A stretch of DNA of 64,000 nt, from assembly GCA_963847625.1 (NCBI GenBank), contig CAWKAR010000050.1, positions 1-64,000 of the forward strand. The letters run 5' to 3'. Shown piece after piece: positions 39,102-48,161 of this stretch; position 1 is the first letter of the stretch, and the number at the start of each line of letters is the position of its first letter. The notes under the pieces are model-generated. The model made no database searches. It was given only the letters and a program-made list of their open reading frames with translations, and was not told the origin of the DNA. The stretch comes from a candidate division FCPU426 bacterium (GTDB lineage: Bacteria; Oederibacteriota; Muellerivitia; Muellerivitales; Muellerivitaceae). The position numbers and the translations under genes were made by a program.

Positions 39102-40997
39102 ATGGAAACCGAACACCAAAGCCTATTCGAAAAGCTGAAGACGGAGTACCCCTCCAAGTTCGTCACGGAAGAAAACATCTTCAAGCATATCCATCCCGGT
39201 GACCGGATTTTCATCGCCACCGGTTGCGGCGAGCCACAGTACCTGGTCGGAGCCCTGATCCAGTTCGTCGAAAACCATCCCAAGGCCTTTTTCGACGCGG
39301 AAGTCATACACGTCTGGACCCTGGGGCTGGCCCCCTATACCGACAAGAAATTCAAGCAGAATTTCCGGCACAATTCCTTCTTCATCGCCGACAACACCCG
39401 GGAATCGGTCAACCAGGGCCTGGCGGATTACACCCCGATCTTCCTTTCCCAGGTCCCCGACCTGCTCAAACGAAAAGTAGTGCCGGTGGACGTGGCCTTG
39501 ATCCAGACCAGCCTACCGGATGCCCATGGGTACATGAGCCTGGGTTTGAGCGTCGACATCACCAAGGCGGCCACGGAAAACGCGCGCCTGGTCATCGCCC
39601 AAACCAACATCGAAATGCCCCGGGTCCACGGGGACACCTTCATCCACATCAACGACGTGGATTTCATCGTGCGGCATGACGAGCCCCTTCTGGAGTACGA
39701 ACCCCAGGTTTCCGACGAGATCGCCCAGCGCATCGGGAAGTACGTGGCGCGTTTCATCGAGGATGGGGACACCATCCAGGTAGGTTACGGCAGCCTGCCC
39801 AACGCCATTCTGGCCAACCTACGCGGCAAGAAGCACCTGGGCGTGCATACCGAACTGCTGACGGACGGCATCGTGGAGCTCATGAAGGAAGGGGTCATCG
39901 ACAACACTCTTAAAAACCTCAACCCGGGAAAGGCCATCGCCAGCTTTTGCATGGGCCGGAAGCCCACCTACGAGTATATCCACGACAACCCGGGCATCGA
40001 GTTCAGGCCCATCGACTACACCAACAACCCGCTCATCATCGCGAGCATCAAGAACATGACCGCCATTAACACCGGCTTGGCCGTGGATTTGACCGGCCAA
40101 TCCACCGCCGAGTCCCTGGACCGGGTGTTTTTCAGCGGCGTGGGGGGCCAGTCGGATTTCATGCGCGGCGCCGTGCTATCCCCGGGCGGGAAGACCATCC
40201 TGGCCATCCAATCCACCGCCGACAACGAGAATATCTCCCGAATCGTCCCATTCCTCCACGAGGGCGCCGGGATCACCCTCACGCGGGGCGACATCCAATA
40301 CCTGGTCACCGAGTACGGCATCGCCTACCTGCACGGCAAGAACGTGCGGGAGCGCGCCATGGACATCATCTCCATCGCCCATCCCAAGTTCAGGCCCTGG
40401 CTGATCGAGGAAGCCAAGAAAAACAACCTGATTTACCGGGACCAGGCCTTCATTCCCGGCCGCCGGGGGGAATACCCGGAGGACCTCGAAACCCACCGCA
40501 CCACCGAGTCGGGCCTTCGCCTCCTCATGAGGCCCGTGAAAATCAACGACGAACCGCTTCTGAAGGATTTCTTTTACTCCCTTTCCGACCAGAGCACCTA
40601 CCGCCGGTTCATGTCGGTGCGCCGGGATATGCCGCATGAAAGGCTCCAGGAATTCGTGGTCATCGACTACAGCAAGGAAATGGTGATCCTGGCGGTCCGG
40701 GAGGACCCGGAGCGGGAGGAAATCGTCGGGGTCGGGCAGTACGGTATCCAGGAAGACCGTCATGCGGCCGAAGTGGCCTTCGTGGTCAAGGACAGCTACC
40801 AGAACCAGGGTGTGGGGACCGAACTGCTGGCGTACCTGACGGTGCTGGCCAAAAAGCAGGGGCTTTTCGGCTTTACCGCCGAGGTCCTGCCGGACAACGC
40901 CACCATGCTCCACCTTTTCGAGAGCCAGGGGTTCGACGTGGAGAAACGCACCAGTTCCGACGTGGTGGATCTCAAGATGGCCTTCAAGGCTGTTTAA
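39102..40997 (+). CDS. Acetyl-CoA hydrolase/CoA-transferase fused to a Pat-type GNAT acetyltransferase
   Basis: GCGEP, HLGVHTELLTDG, SGVGGQSDFMRGA, VTEYGIAYL; then RPVKINDEPLL...RRF...IDYSKE...AEVAFVV..YQNQGVGTELL. Confidence 0.92.
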   Translation: METEHQSLFEKLKTEYPSKFVTEENIFKHIHPGDRIFIATGCGEPQYLVGALIQFVENHPKAFFDAEVIHVWTLGLAPYTDKKFKQNFRHNSFFIADNTRESVNQGLADYTPIFLSQVPDLLKRKVVPVDVALIQTSLPDAHGYMSLGLSVDITKAATENARLVIAQTNIEMPRVHGDTFIHINDVDFIVRHDEPLLEYEPQVSDEIAQRIGKYVARFIEDGDTIQVGYGSLPNAILANLRGKKHLGVHTELLTDGIVELMKEGVIDNTLKNLNPGKAIASFCMGRKPTYEYIHDNPGIEFRPIDYTNNPLIIASIKNMTAINTGLAVDLTGQSTAESLDRVFFSGVGGQSDFMRGAVLSPGGKTILAIQSTADNENISRIVPFLHEGAGITLTRGDIQYLVTEYGIAYLHGKNVRERAMDIISIAHPKFRPWLIEEAKKNNLIYRDQAFIPGRRGEYPEDLETHRTTESGLRLLMRPVKINDEPLLKDFFYSLSDQSTYRRFMSVRRDMPHERLQEFVVIDYSKEMVILAVREDPEREEIVGVGQYGIQEDRHAAEVAFVVKDSYQNQGVGTELLAYLTVLAKKQGLFGFTAEVLPDNATMLHLFESQGFDVEKRTSSDVVDLKMAFKAV

Positions 40998-40998
40998 G

Positions 40999-43119
40999 AT
41001 GACCATAAAAACGCCGGATATTAAGAGCCTCTTCGAGCCCAAGAGCGTGGCGATCGTGGGGGCTTCCGCCCTCCCGGACAAGATCGGCTACAAGATCGTG
41101 GACAACATCCTCGCGGGCGGTTACAAGGGCCGGGTTTATCCCGTGAACCCCAAGGGCGGGGAGGTACTGGGCCTTCCAATGAAGTCCAGCCTCGCGGAAA
41201 TTCCGGAACCCGTGGACTTGGTCACCATCGTGATTCCGGCCAAACTGGTCATGGACTCCGTCAAGGATTGCGCGAAGTACGGCGCGAAGTTCCTCTCCAT
41301 CATCACCTCCGGTTTTTCCGAGGTGGGCAACGTGGAGGAGGAAAAGGCCATCGCCTCCTACGCCCGCGACAACGGGATGCGCGTGCTGGGGCCCAACATC
41401 TTCGGTATTTACTCGGCCAACGCCTCCATGAACGCCATGTTCGGGCCCCGGGTCCAAAGCGGGAACGTGGCCATCATCACACAAAGCGGCGCCCTGGGCA
41501 TCGCCATGATCGGCAAGACCGCGGTGGACCACATCGGACTTTCCGCCATGGTTTCGGTGGGAAACAAGGCCGACCTCACCGAGTCGGACCTGTTGGACTA
41601 CCTCGCGCAGGACCCCCGCACCAAGGTCATTATGTTGTATATCGAGGGTATCCGTGACGGGGAGAAGATGGTATCCGCGCTCGCGCGGACGGTCCGGAAA
41701 AAACCCGTGGTCCTGATCAAGTCCGGGCGTTCCAAGCGCGGCGCTATGGCGGCTGCCTCCCACACCGGGGCTCTCGCCGGGTCCGACGAGATCCTCAACG
41801 ACATCGTCAAACAATGCGGCGTGCTGAGGGCCGAGAACATCCAGGACGCCTTCAATTGGTGCAAATTTTTCACCTGCAGCGCCGCGCCCCGGGGAGAGAA
41901 CACTGTCATCATCACCAACGGCGGGGGAATCGGCGTGATCACGACGGACGCCTGCGAGAAATACCAGGTGCAGCTTTACGACGATGCGCAGGTCATGAAG
42001 AATATCTTTGCCAAGGCGGTTCCGGATTTCGGTTCCCTCAAGAACCCCATCGATCTCACAGGCCAGGCCCGGTCCGAGGATTACAACGCGGCCATGGACG
42101 CGGCCCTGAAGAATGAGAATATCCACTCCATCATCAGTCTTTACTGCGAAACCGCGGTCTTTGACGTGAACAACCTGGCTACCATGATCCGCGAGAACAC
42201 CATCCGTTACCAAAAAAGGGGAAAGCCCATTCTATTCTCCATCTTCGGGGGAGAGGCCACCGAGAACTGCATCCTGTCGCTTCGCAAGGACAACGCGCCG
42301 GTTTTCCCGGACGTATACGAAGCTGTTTCCTGCCTGGGGTCCCTGATGGCCCAGTACCGCCACACGCTGACCCCTCCGACCGTTCCCGAGGAAGCCGCCG
42401 TCCCCGCGAGGGAAGTGGACGCCATCCTGGACAAGGCCCGGCAGGATGGGCGTTATTTCCTCCTGGCCCAGGAAGGCCAGCGCCTCATGGAACTATGCGG
42501 CATCGCCACCCCCCAGAGTGCCATCGCGCGCAGCCTGGAGGAGGCCGTCAAGGCCGCGGAAAAGATCGGCTATCCTGTGGTCATGAAAGTGGTGTCCCGT
42601 GACATCCTGCACAAGAGCGACGTGGGCGGGGTGGCCCTGAACCTGGAAAACCCCAAGGAAGTCATGGACGCCTACGAGGCAATCCTGCACAACTGCCGGA
42701 ACCATAACCCGCGTGCGGTCATCGAGGGCATGGAAGTGTCTGAAATGGTGAAGCGCGGCATCGAGACCATCGTGGGCGCCCGGCGGGACGCTTCCTTCGG
42801 GCCCATCGCCATGTGCGGCATGGGCGGCATTTACGTGGAGGTCATGAAGGACGTGGCCTTCCGGGCGGTTCCTTTTTCCCGGCAGGAGGTCCTGTCCATG
42901 ATCAAGGAAACCAGGATCTATCCCCTGCTGTTGGGGGTCCGGGGGGATGAGAAGAAGGACATCGAGCGGGTGATCGACTCGATCATCATGTTGGGCTCTC
43001 TGGTGCGGCAGTGCCCGGGGATATCGGACATTGAGGTGAATCCCCTGGTGGTGTACGATCAGGGGAGCGGGATCAAAGCTGTGGATGTGCGGGTACTTTT
43101 ATCGGAGAGGCGTTTGTAA
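40999..43119 (+). CDS. Acetate--CoA ligase (ADP-forming), fused alpha/beta
   Basis: AIVGAS, VYPVNPK, GPN, AASHTGALAG, HKSDVGGV, IEVNPL. Confidence 0.92.
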   Translation: MTIKTPDIKSLFEPKSVAIVGASALPDKIGYKIVDNILAGGYKGRVYPVNPKGGEVLGLPMKSSLAEIPEPVDLVTIVIPAKLVMDSVKDCAKYGAKFLSIITSGFSEVGNVEEEKAIASYARDNGMRVLGPNIFGIYSANASMNAMFGPRVQSGNVAIITQSGALGIAMIGKTAVDHIGLSAMVSVGNKADLTESDLLDYLAQDPRTKVIMLYIEGIRDGEKMVSALARTVRKKPVVLIKSGRSKRGAMAAASHTGALAGSDEILNDIVKQCGVLRAENIQDAFNWCKFFTCSAAPRGENTVIITNGGGIGVITTDACEKYQVQLYDDAQVMKNIFAKAVPDFGSLKNPIDLTGQARSEDYNAAMDAALKNENIHSIISLYCETAVFDVNNLATMIRENTIRYQKRGKPILFSIFGGEATENCILSLRKDNAPVFPDVYEAVSCLGSLMAQYRHTLTPPTVPEEAAVPAREVDAILDKARQDGRYFLLAQEGQRLMELCGIATPQSAIARSLEEAVKAAEKIGYPVVMKVVSRDILHKSDVGGVALNLENPKEVMDAYEAILHNCRNHNPRAVIEGMEVSEMVKRGIETIVGARRDASFGPIAMCGMGGIYVEVMKDVAFRAVPFSRQEVLSMIKETRIYPLLLGVRGDEKKDIERVIDSIIMLGSLVRQCPGISDIEVNPLVVYDQGSGIKAVDVRVLLSERRL

Positions 43120-43120
43120 A

Positions 43121-44155
43121 ATGAAAACAATCGTCATTGGATCCAGCGAAAAAAGCGCCGGTAAAACCGGTGTAATCTTGGGTTTGCGAAGCGCCCTGGG
43201 AAAGGGGGCGGGGTACATGAAGCCCCTTGGCGACCGGCTGATCTACCGCAAGAAGCAATTGTGGGACTACGATTCGGCCCTCGTTACCAACCTGTGGGAC
43301 CTCAAAGAGAACCCCGAGGACATCTCCATCGGGTTCGAGCACGCCAAGCTCAAGTACAAGTACGACGCTGAAACCACCGTTGAGAAGGTGCACGAGGTGG
43401 CCTCCCGGGCGGGTTCGGGGAAGGACATCCTGTTCGTGGAGGGCGGGAACCAGTTAGGGTACGGTTTGTCGGTCCACTTGGACGCGGTTTCCGTAGCCAA
43501 GGCCCTGAAAGGGGACCTGGTGATCGTGGTCAGCGGCTCCGAAAGCTCCATCGCGGATGACATCTATTCCATCAAAAGAAACCTGGACCTCCAGGGGGTC
43601 AACTTCAAGGGCGTCATCCTCAACAAGATCCACGATCCCCAGGATTTTAAGCAGACCCACCTGCCCGGCCTCGAGAAACTGGGCATCCCGGTGCTGGGCC
43701 TCCTGCCATACAAGAAGGAACTCACTCACTTCACCATGGGCTACCTGGCGGACATCCTGTTCTCCAAGATCCTGGCGGGCGAGGAAGGCCTGGCCAACCC
43801 GGTGGAGCATATCGTGATCGGGGCCATGTCGGTGGGAAGCGCCCTGCGCGAGACTTCCTTTATGAAGGATCATAAGCTGGTCATCACCGCGGGGGACCGG
43901 ACGGATATGATCCAGGCGGCCCTGGAGAGCAATACCTCGGGCATCATCGTGACCAACAACATCCTGCCGCCCCTGAGCGTCATTTCCCGGGCAAACGAGC
44001 TAAAAATCCCACTGCTCCTGGTTTCAACCGACACTTTCTTGACGGCCAAGCACGTGGACACCATGGAACCACTCCTCACCAAGAAGGACCAGGAAAAGGT
44101 CGCCCTGTTGACTCAAATGGTCAAAGACCATGTGGATTTGAAAAAATTAGGGTAA
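43121..44155 (+). CDS. Stand-alone Pta N-terminal (BioD-like + DRTGG) protein
   Basis: SAGKT, YMKPLG, FVEGG, ILNK, ITAGDRTD; no PTA_PTB catalytic domain. Confidence 0.88.
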   Translation: MKTIVIGSSEKSAGKTGVILGLRSALGKGAGYMKPLGDRLIYRKKQLWDYDSALVTNLWDLKENPEDISIGFEHAKLKYKYDAETTVEKVHEVASRAGSGKDILFVEGGNQLGYGLSVHLDAVSVAKALKGDLVIVVSGSESSIADDIYSIKRNLDLQGVNFKGVILNKIHDPQDFKQTHLPGLEKLGIPVLGLLPYKKELTHFTMGYLADILFSKILAGEEGLANPVEHIVIGAMSVGSALRETSFMKDHKLVITAGDRTDMIQAALESNTSGIIVTNNILPPLSVISRANELKIPLLLVSTDTFLTAKHVDTMEPLLTKKDQEKVALLTQMVKDHVDLKKLG

Positions 44156-44311
44156 AGTTTCAAATCCGATAAACTGTTCCTTAGGCTTAGACTGGTGCGA
44201 ATGGGTGTTTCTCCCATAAATCCGGGAAACACCCATCAAATTGAAAATATCTCCTCGAATATCCCCCCTAAAACCCAAGATATTTTTTTGATTTCATTTG
44301 GGTTGTTTTTT

Positions 44312-44377
44312 TGTGGATAAATCATCTGAATTAAATCAAGAACCCTCAAAAATCGGTGTATTTGGGCCTGTGGATAA
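44312..44377 (-). promoter_or_regulatory. Two perfect DnaA boxes (TTATCCACA)
   Basis: TGTGGATAA at 44312-44320 and 44369-44377. Confidence 0.5.
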
Positions 44378-44409
44378 CTTTTTTACTTTATTCCGCCCCT
44401 GGATTTTTT

Positions 44410-44425
44410 TATGACTTCGGTCATA
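44410..44425. promoter_or_regulatory. Perfect TATGAC-TTCG-GTCATA site upstream of the Crp/Fnr gene
   Basis: Palindrome extended by ttt/aaa flanks. Confidence 0.78.
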
Positions 44426-44558
44426 AAATCATTGATGGAATGGGAAAAAAGAAGTAATTATTAAGCCCTCAAATCTAAATGTGTTCCGATCGGCCCTAAG
44501 GCCCCTGGGAGCCTACCGCAACTTAATCTTCCTGAAGCGGGAGAGGGAGGAAGTTACC

Positions 44559-45257
44559 ATGCAGTTTCAAAAACCAGTTACGGGCAGGCTATCTAACATG
44601 GCGGGCAAATCCTTCATTACCACCCTCGACCTATTCAAGAAAATCCCGTCCTCCCAATTGGCCGACATCGAGAAAAAAATGCTGGAGCGGAAGTTCGCCA
44701 AGGGGGAGTCCATCTTTCTGGAAGGCGATCCCGCAGAGTATGTCTGGTTCGTCAAGGAGGGCCACGTCAAGTCGGTTATCCATACCGCCAACGGGAGGGA
44801 CCTCACGCTTTGCATGGTGGGGGCCAGCAGCATGTTCGGAACCTGCTGTTGTTTCGGGGGCGGGGAATATCCCTGCCACAGCATCGCGGAGACCGAAACC
44901 ACGGTAGTGGCCTTTCCAATCCAGGATTTCCTGTCCCTCTTGGAGAAATATCCCGAGATATCCAAAGCCATCGTCCACCACCTTTCAGCCCGGCTCCGTC
45001 AGGCCAAGGATATGCAGACTTTCGACCAGGAGAGCGTGGAAAAACGCATCCTCCATATCCTGACCAACTTGGTGGCCGAATTCGGAAACACTATTCCCCT
45101 GACCCGCAGGGAAATCGCTGAGATGACCGGAACTACGGTGGAGACCTGCATCCGGACTTTTTCAGGGCTGGAAAAGGAAGGGTTGGTTTACAGCTCGCGG
45201 GGCAAGATCACCGTAAAGAACGTGCAGGACCTGATCGACCGGCAGGAAGAACTCTAA
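44559..45257 (+). CDS. Crp/Fnr-family regulator with a Cys cluster
   Basis: GGAGG before ATG 44559; IFLEGD, GTCCCFGGGEYPCHS, LTRREIAEMTGTTVETCIR. Confidence 0.93.
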   Translation: MQFQKPVTGRLSNMAGKSFITTLDLFKKIPSSQLADIEKKMLERKFAKGESIFLEGDPAEYVWFVKEGHVKSVIHTANGRDLTLCMVGASSMFGTCCCFGGGEYPCHSIAETETTVVAFPIQDFLSLLEKYPEISKAIVHHLSARLRQAKDMQTFDQESVEKRILHILTNLVAEFGNTIPLTRREIAEMTGTTVETCIRTFSGLEKEGLVYSSRGKITVKNVQDLIDRQEEL

Positions 45258-45303
45258 CAGGGTTGTTTGTTAAAAACTGTCAGTAATAAATGAAATGGAA
45301 ATT

Positions 45304-45340
45304 AAAAAACCCGCGGATCCAAAGTCCAGCGGGTTTTTTT
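45304..45340. terminator. Bidirectional intrinsic terminator
   Basis: aaaaaacccgcgga...tccagcgggttttttt. Confidence 0.8.
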
Positions 45341-45454
45341 ATTTTCCGAAGATGATACGTCTCAGTTGGCAATGGCCAGACTGTTTTTCACTTGTTCCAT
45401 ACTTGATATTCGCCCTGATTATTTTTTAATAGAAATTGAACAAACTAGAAAGTT

Positions 45455-47671
45455 TCACTTATCAAATTTCTTCCTGTAAAGCCTCAAGGCGTTCAGGACC
45501 ACCGTGATGGAAGAGAGCGACATGGCAAGGGCAGCCAGAGAGGGAGGCACCTGGGCGAAAATGGCCAGGGGAAGGGCCAACAGGTTGTAGCCGAAGGCCC
45601 AGAAAAGGTTTTGGCGGATGACGGTAAAGGTGGCCCTGGATATCCGGATGGCCTCAATGACCTTCGAGAGGTTTCCCTGGACCAGAATGATGTCCCCGGC
45701 CTCCTTAGCCGCGTCGGTTCCAGTCCCCATGGCGATTCCCAAGTCCGCGGCCGCCAGGGCCGGCGCGTCGTTGTAACCGTCGCCCACCATAGCCACCTTG
45801 CGTCCCTGATCCTGGAGAGAACGCACGTACTCCAGTTTCCCCGCCGGGTTCATGTTGGCCTTTGAATGGTCCACGCCCACCCGGGCGGCCACGCGGGTTG
45901 CCACCACCTCCCCGTCGCCGGTCAGGAGGTGGGTTTGCAGACCTAATTCTTTGAGCTTTTGGACGACCTCTTGGACATTCGCGCGGGGCGGATCCTCCAG
46001 AACCAGGATGGCGGCGATTTTTCCCTCTACGGCCATGAGGGAAACTGTCTGGCCGGCCTGGCGGTGGGCTTCGACGTTGGCCCGAACCTGGGGCGAAGGT
46101 ACGATACCCTTCAGGGATTCAACAAAAGCCTTCGTGCCAATGGCGACTTGGTGTCCCTCCACAAAACCCTGAATTCCGGCGCCCGGGGTTTCCACCACCC
46201 TTTCCACTCCAGGGAGAATCAAGCTTAAGACCATGGCTTCCTTCAGGATGGCGGAAGCCAGGGGATGGTTGGTCCCCAATTCCAGGGCCGCGGCGTACCG
46301 GAGAAGTTTTTCCTCCCGGTGGCCCTCGAAAACTATCATGTCCACCAGGCGGGGTTTTCCTTCGGTGAGGGTGCCGGTTTTGTCGAAGACGATCGTGTCG
46401 ATTTTCAGCGATTTTTCCATGACTTCCGCCCGGCGGATGAGGATGCTTCGCTTGGCGGCCACCCCGATGCCTACCATCAAGGCAATGGGTGTGGCCAGCC
46501 CGAGGGCGCAGGGGCAGGCAATGACAAGGACCGCCACCGCGTGTTGAATTCCCACCGCGAAGGGTTGTCCTCCCATAAAAACCCAGCCTAAGCATGTTAA
46601 AAAGGCGGTCCATAGCACCAAGGGAACAAAAATGGAGGCGGCTATGTCGGCGGCCTTCTGGACAGGGGCTTTGGAACCCTGTGCATCCTCCACCAGCCGG
46701 ATGATCTGGGCCAGGGTCGTTTGCTCACCCACCGATTGGGCCTTCAGGATCAGGGTGGCCACGCCGTTGAGGGTGCCAGCGTAGATCTTATCCCCGGGCC
46801 TCTTTTCCACCGGGGTGGATTCCCCAGTCAATAAGGACTCATCCACCGGTCCCTTTCCCTCTAGGATGTCCCCGTCCACTGGGATGGACTCACCCGGCCT
46901 CACGCAGAGGGTATCGCCCGGACCCACCAACTCCACCGGTACGTCCAGTTGGCGGGTTTCCTTAAGCACGTGGGCCGTGTTGGGCCTTAAGTTCATCAAG
47001 AGTTCCAGGGCCCGGTTGGCCCGGCGCTTGGAAAGGGTTTCGAGGTACCGGCCCAGCGTTATGAAGAAGACAATCAGGGCGGCGGCGTCAAAGTAAAGGC
47101 CCTGGGTGCGCCACAGAAAGGCTGCCAGGGAGGCCATAAACGCGGTGGTGGAGCCCAAGGAAACCAGGGTATCCATGGTCAAATCCCCCTGTTTCAGGCC
47201 CCGGAGGGCGGCCTCATGGAAGGGTAACCCCACCAACAGATAAACCGGGGCCGCTAGGACCAATTGGATCCAGGGCGACAGGGGGAATGGGCCCAGGCCC
47301 ATCAGGAGGTGTTGGAGTAGGAAGGGAATTACCAAGAGGCCCCCCAGGACCAGCCGCCAGCGCAGACGGTTCTGGTCCGACTGGTAGAGGCGGGAAGCTT
47401 GTTTACTGGGGAGATAGGGTTTGGCTGAATAACCGGCCTTTTCCACGACCGCTTGGAGGGTAGCTAGATCCTTAAAATCCGGTCCCAACCGGACGTAGGC
47501 CTTTTCCGAAGCGAAATTGACCGTGGCGGCTTCTACTCCTGGAACTTTATTGAGTTTATTCTCGATCCGGGAGGCGCAGGAGGCGCAGGTCATACCCTCT
47601 AAAGAGAGGATGACCGAGCGGCCGGTGGCCTCCTGGGGTGCCTCCTGTTGGGGTAAAATCGCGGTTGACAT
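45455..47671 (-). CDS. copA: Cu(I)-translocating P1B-type ATPase
   Basis: [31 protein letters not shown] and MxxSS. Confidence 0.95.
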   Translation of the reverse strand: MSTAILPQQEAPQEATGRSVILSLEGMTCASCASRIENKLNKVPGVEAATVNFASEKAYVRLGPDFKDLATLQAVVEKAGYSAKPYLPSKQASRLYQSDQNRLRWRLVLGGLLVIPFLLQHLLMGLGPFPLSPWIQLVLAAPVYLLVGLPFHEAALRGLKQGDLTMDTLVSLGSTTAFMASLAAFLWRTQGLYFDAAALIVFFITLGRYLETLSKRRANRALELLMNLRPNTAHVLKETRQLDVPVELVGPGDTLCVRPGESIPVDGDILEGKGPVDESLLTGESTPVEKRPGDKIYAGTLNGVATLILKAQSVGEQTTLAQIIRLVEDAQGSKAPVQKAADIAASIFVPLVLWTAFLTCLGWVFMGGQPFAVGIQHAVAVLVIACPCALGLATPIALMVGIGVAAKRSILIRRAEVMEKSLKIDTIVFDKTGTLTEGKPRLVDMIVFEGHREEKLLRYAAALELGTNHPLASAILKEAMVLSLILPGVERVVETPGAGIQGFVEGHQVAIGTKAFVESLKGIVPSPQVRANVEAHRQAGQTVSLMAVEGKIAAILVLEDPPRANVQEVVQKLKELGLQTHLLTGDGEVVATRVAARVGVDHSKANMNPAGKLEYVRSLQDQGRKVAMVGDGYNDAPALAAADLGIAMGTGTDAAKEAGDIILVQGNLSKVIEAIRISRATFTVIRQNLFWAFGYNLLALPLAIFAQVPPSLAALAMSLSSITVVLNALRLYRKKFDK

Positions 47672-47701
47672 GTTTGGGCCTTATCGAAACGGTAACTAAA
47701 T

Positions 47702-47914
47702 TTAAGAAAGCAGGCTGGCTTTGTAGCCTTCCTGCTCCAGTGCTTTATTCACGGCTTTCAAATCCAAGGCGCCCCCGTGGGTCACAATAGCTTTCTTGGG
47801 GGCTAAAAGGACCTCGACTTTCTCCACCCCCGAGAGGGAAGCCAGGGTTTTTTGAACGGTTTGGACGCAATGATTGCAGGTCATTCCTTCGATTTGAAGC
47901 TGGGTTTGTGTCAT
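47702..47914 (-). CDS. copZ: Copper chaperone (HMA domain)
   Basis: GMTCNHC; ATG 47914 after AAGGAAG. Confidence 0.9.
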   Translation of the reverse strand: MTQTQLQIEGMTCNHCVQTVQKTLASLSGVEKVEVLLAPKKAIVTHGGALDLKAVNKALEQEGYKASLLS

Positions 47915-48161
47915 GGCTAGGTCTTCCTTGGGCTTTGAATTTACCATAAGCAAGTTTTGACAGGAATGAAAGTGTTACAAAGCTTTAACACCCCATTTTT
48001 GTTGATTCATTTACCCTATTCTCCAAGCGGGGGTGCTGATTTTCCCTTTATTTTCAAGGTTTTATTAGGGTTGCAATGGCAAAGGGGCACAGCCCATAAT
48101 GGTTGACCCGTAAAACCACTCAGGAGGAGTTTTCCTACTTTTTTAAATTTTGGAGGAAATC

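Noticed and set aside
44160..44480. Replication origin
   Set aside because: Only two DnaA boxes and no dnaA, dnaN, gidA or parAB context.
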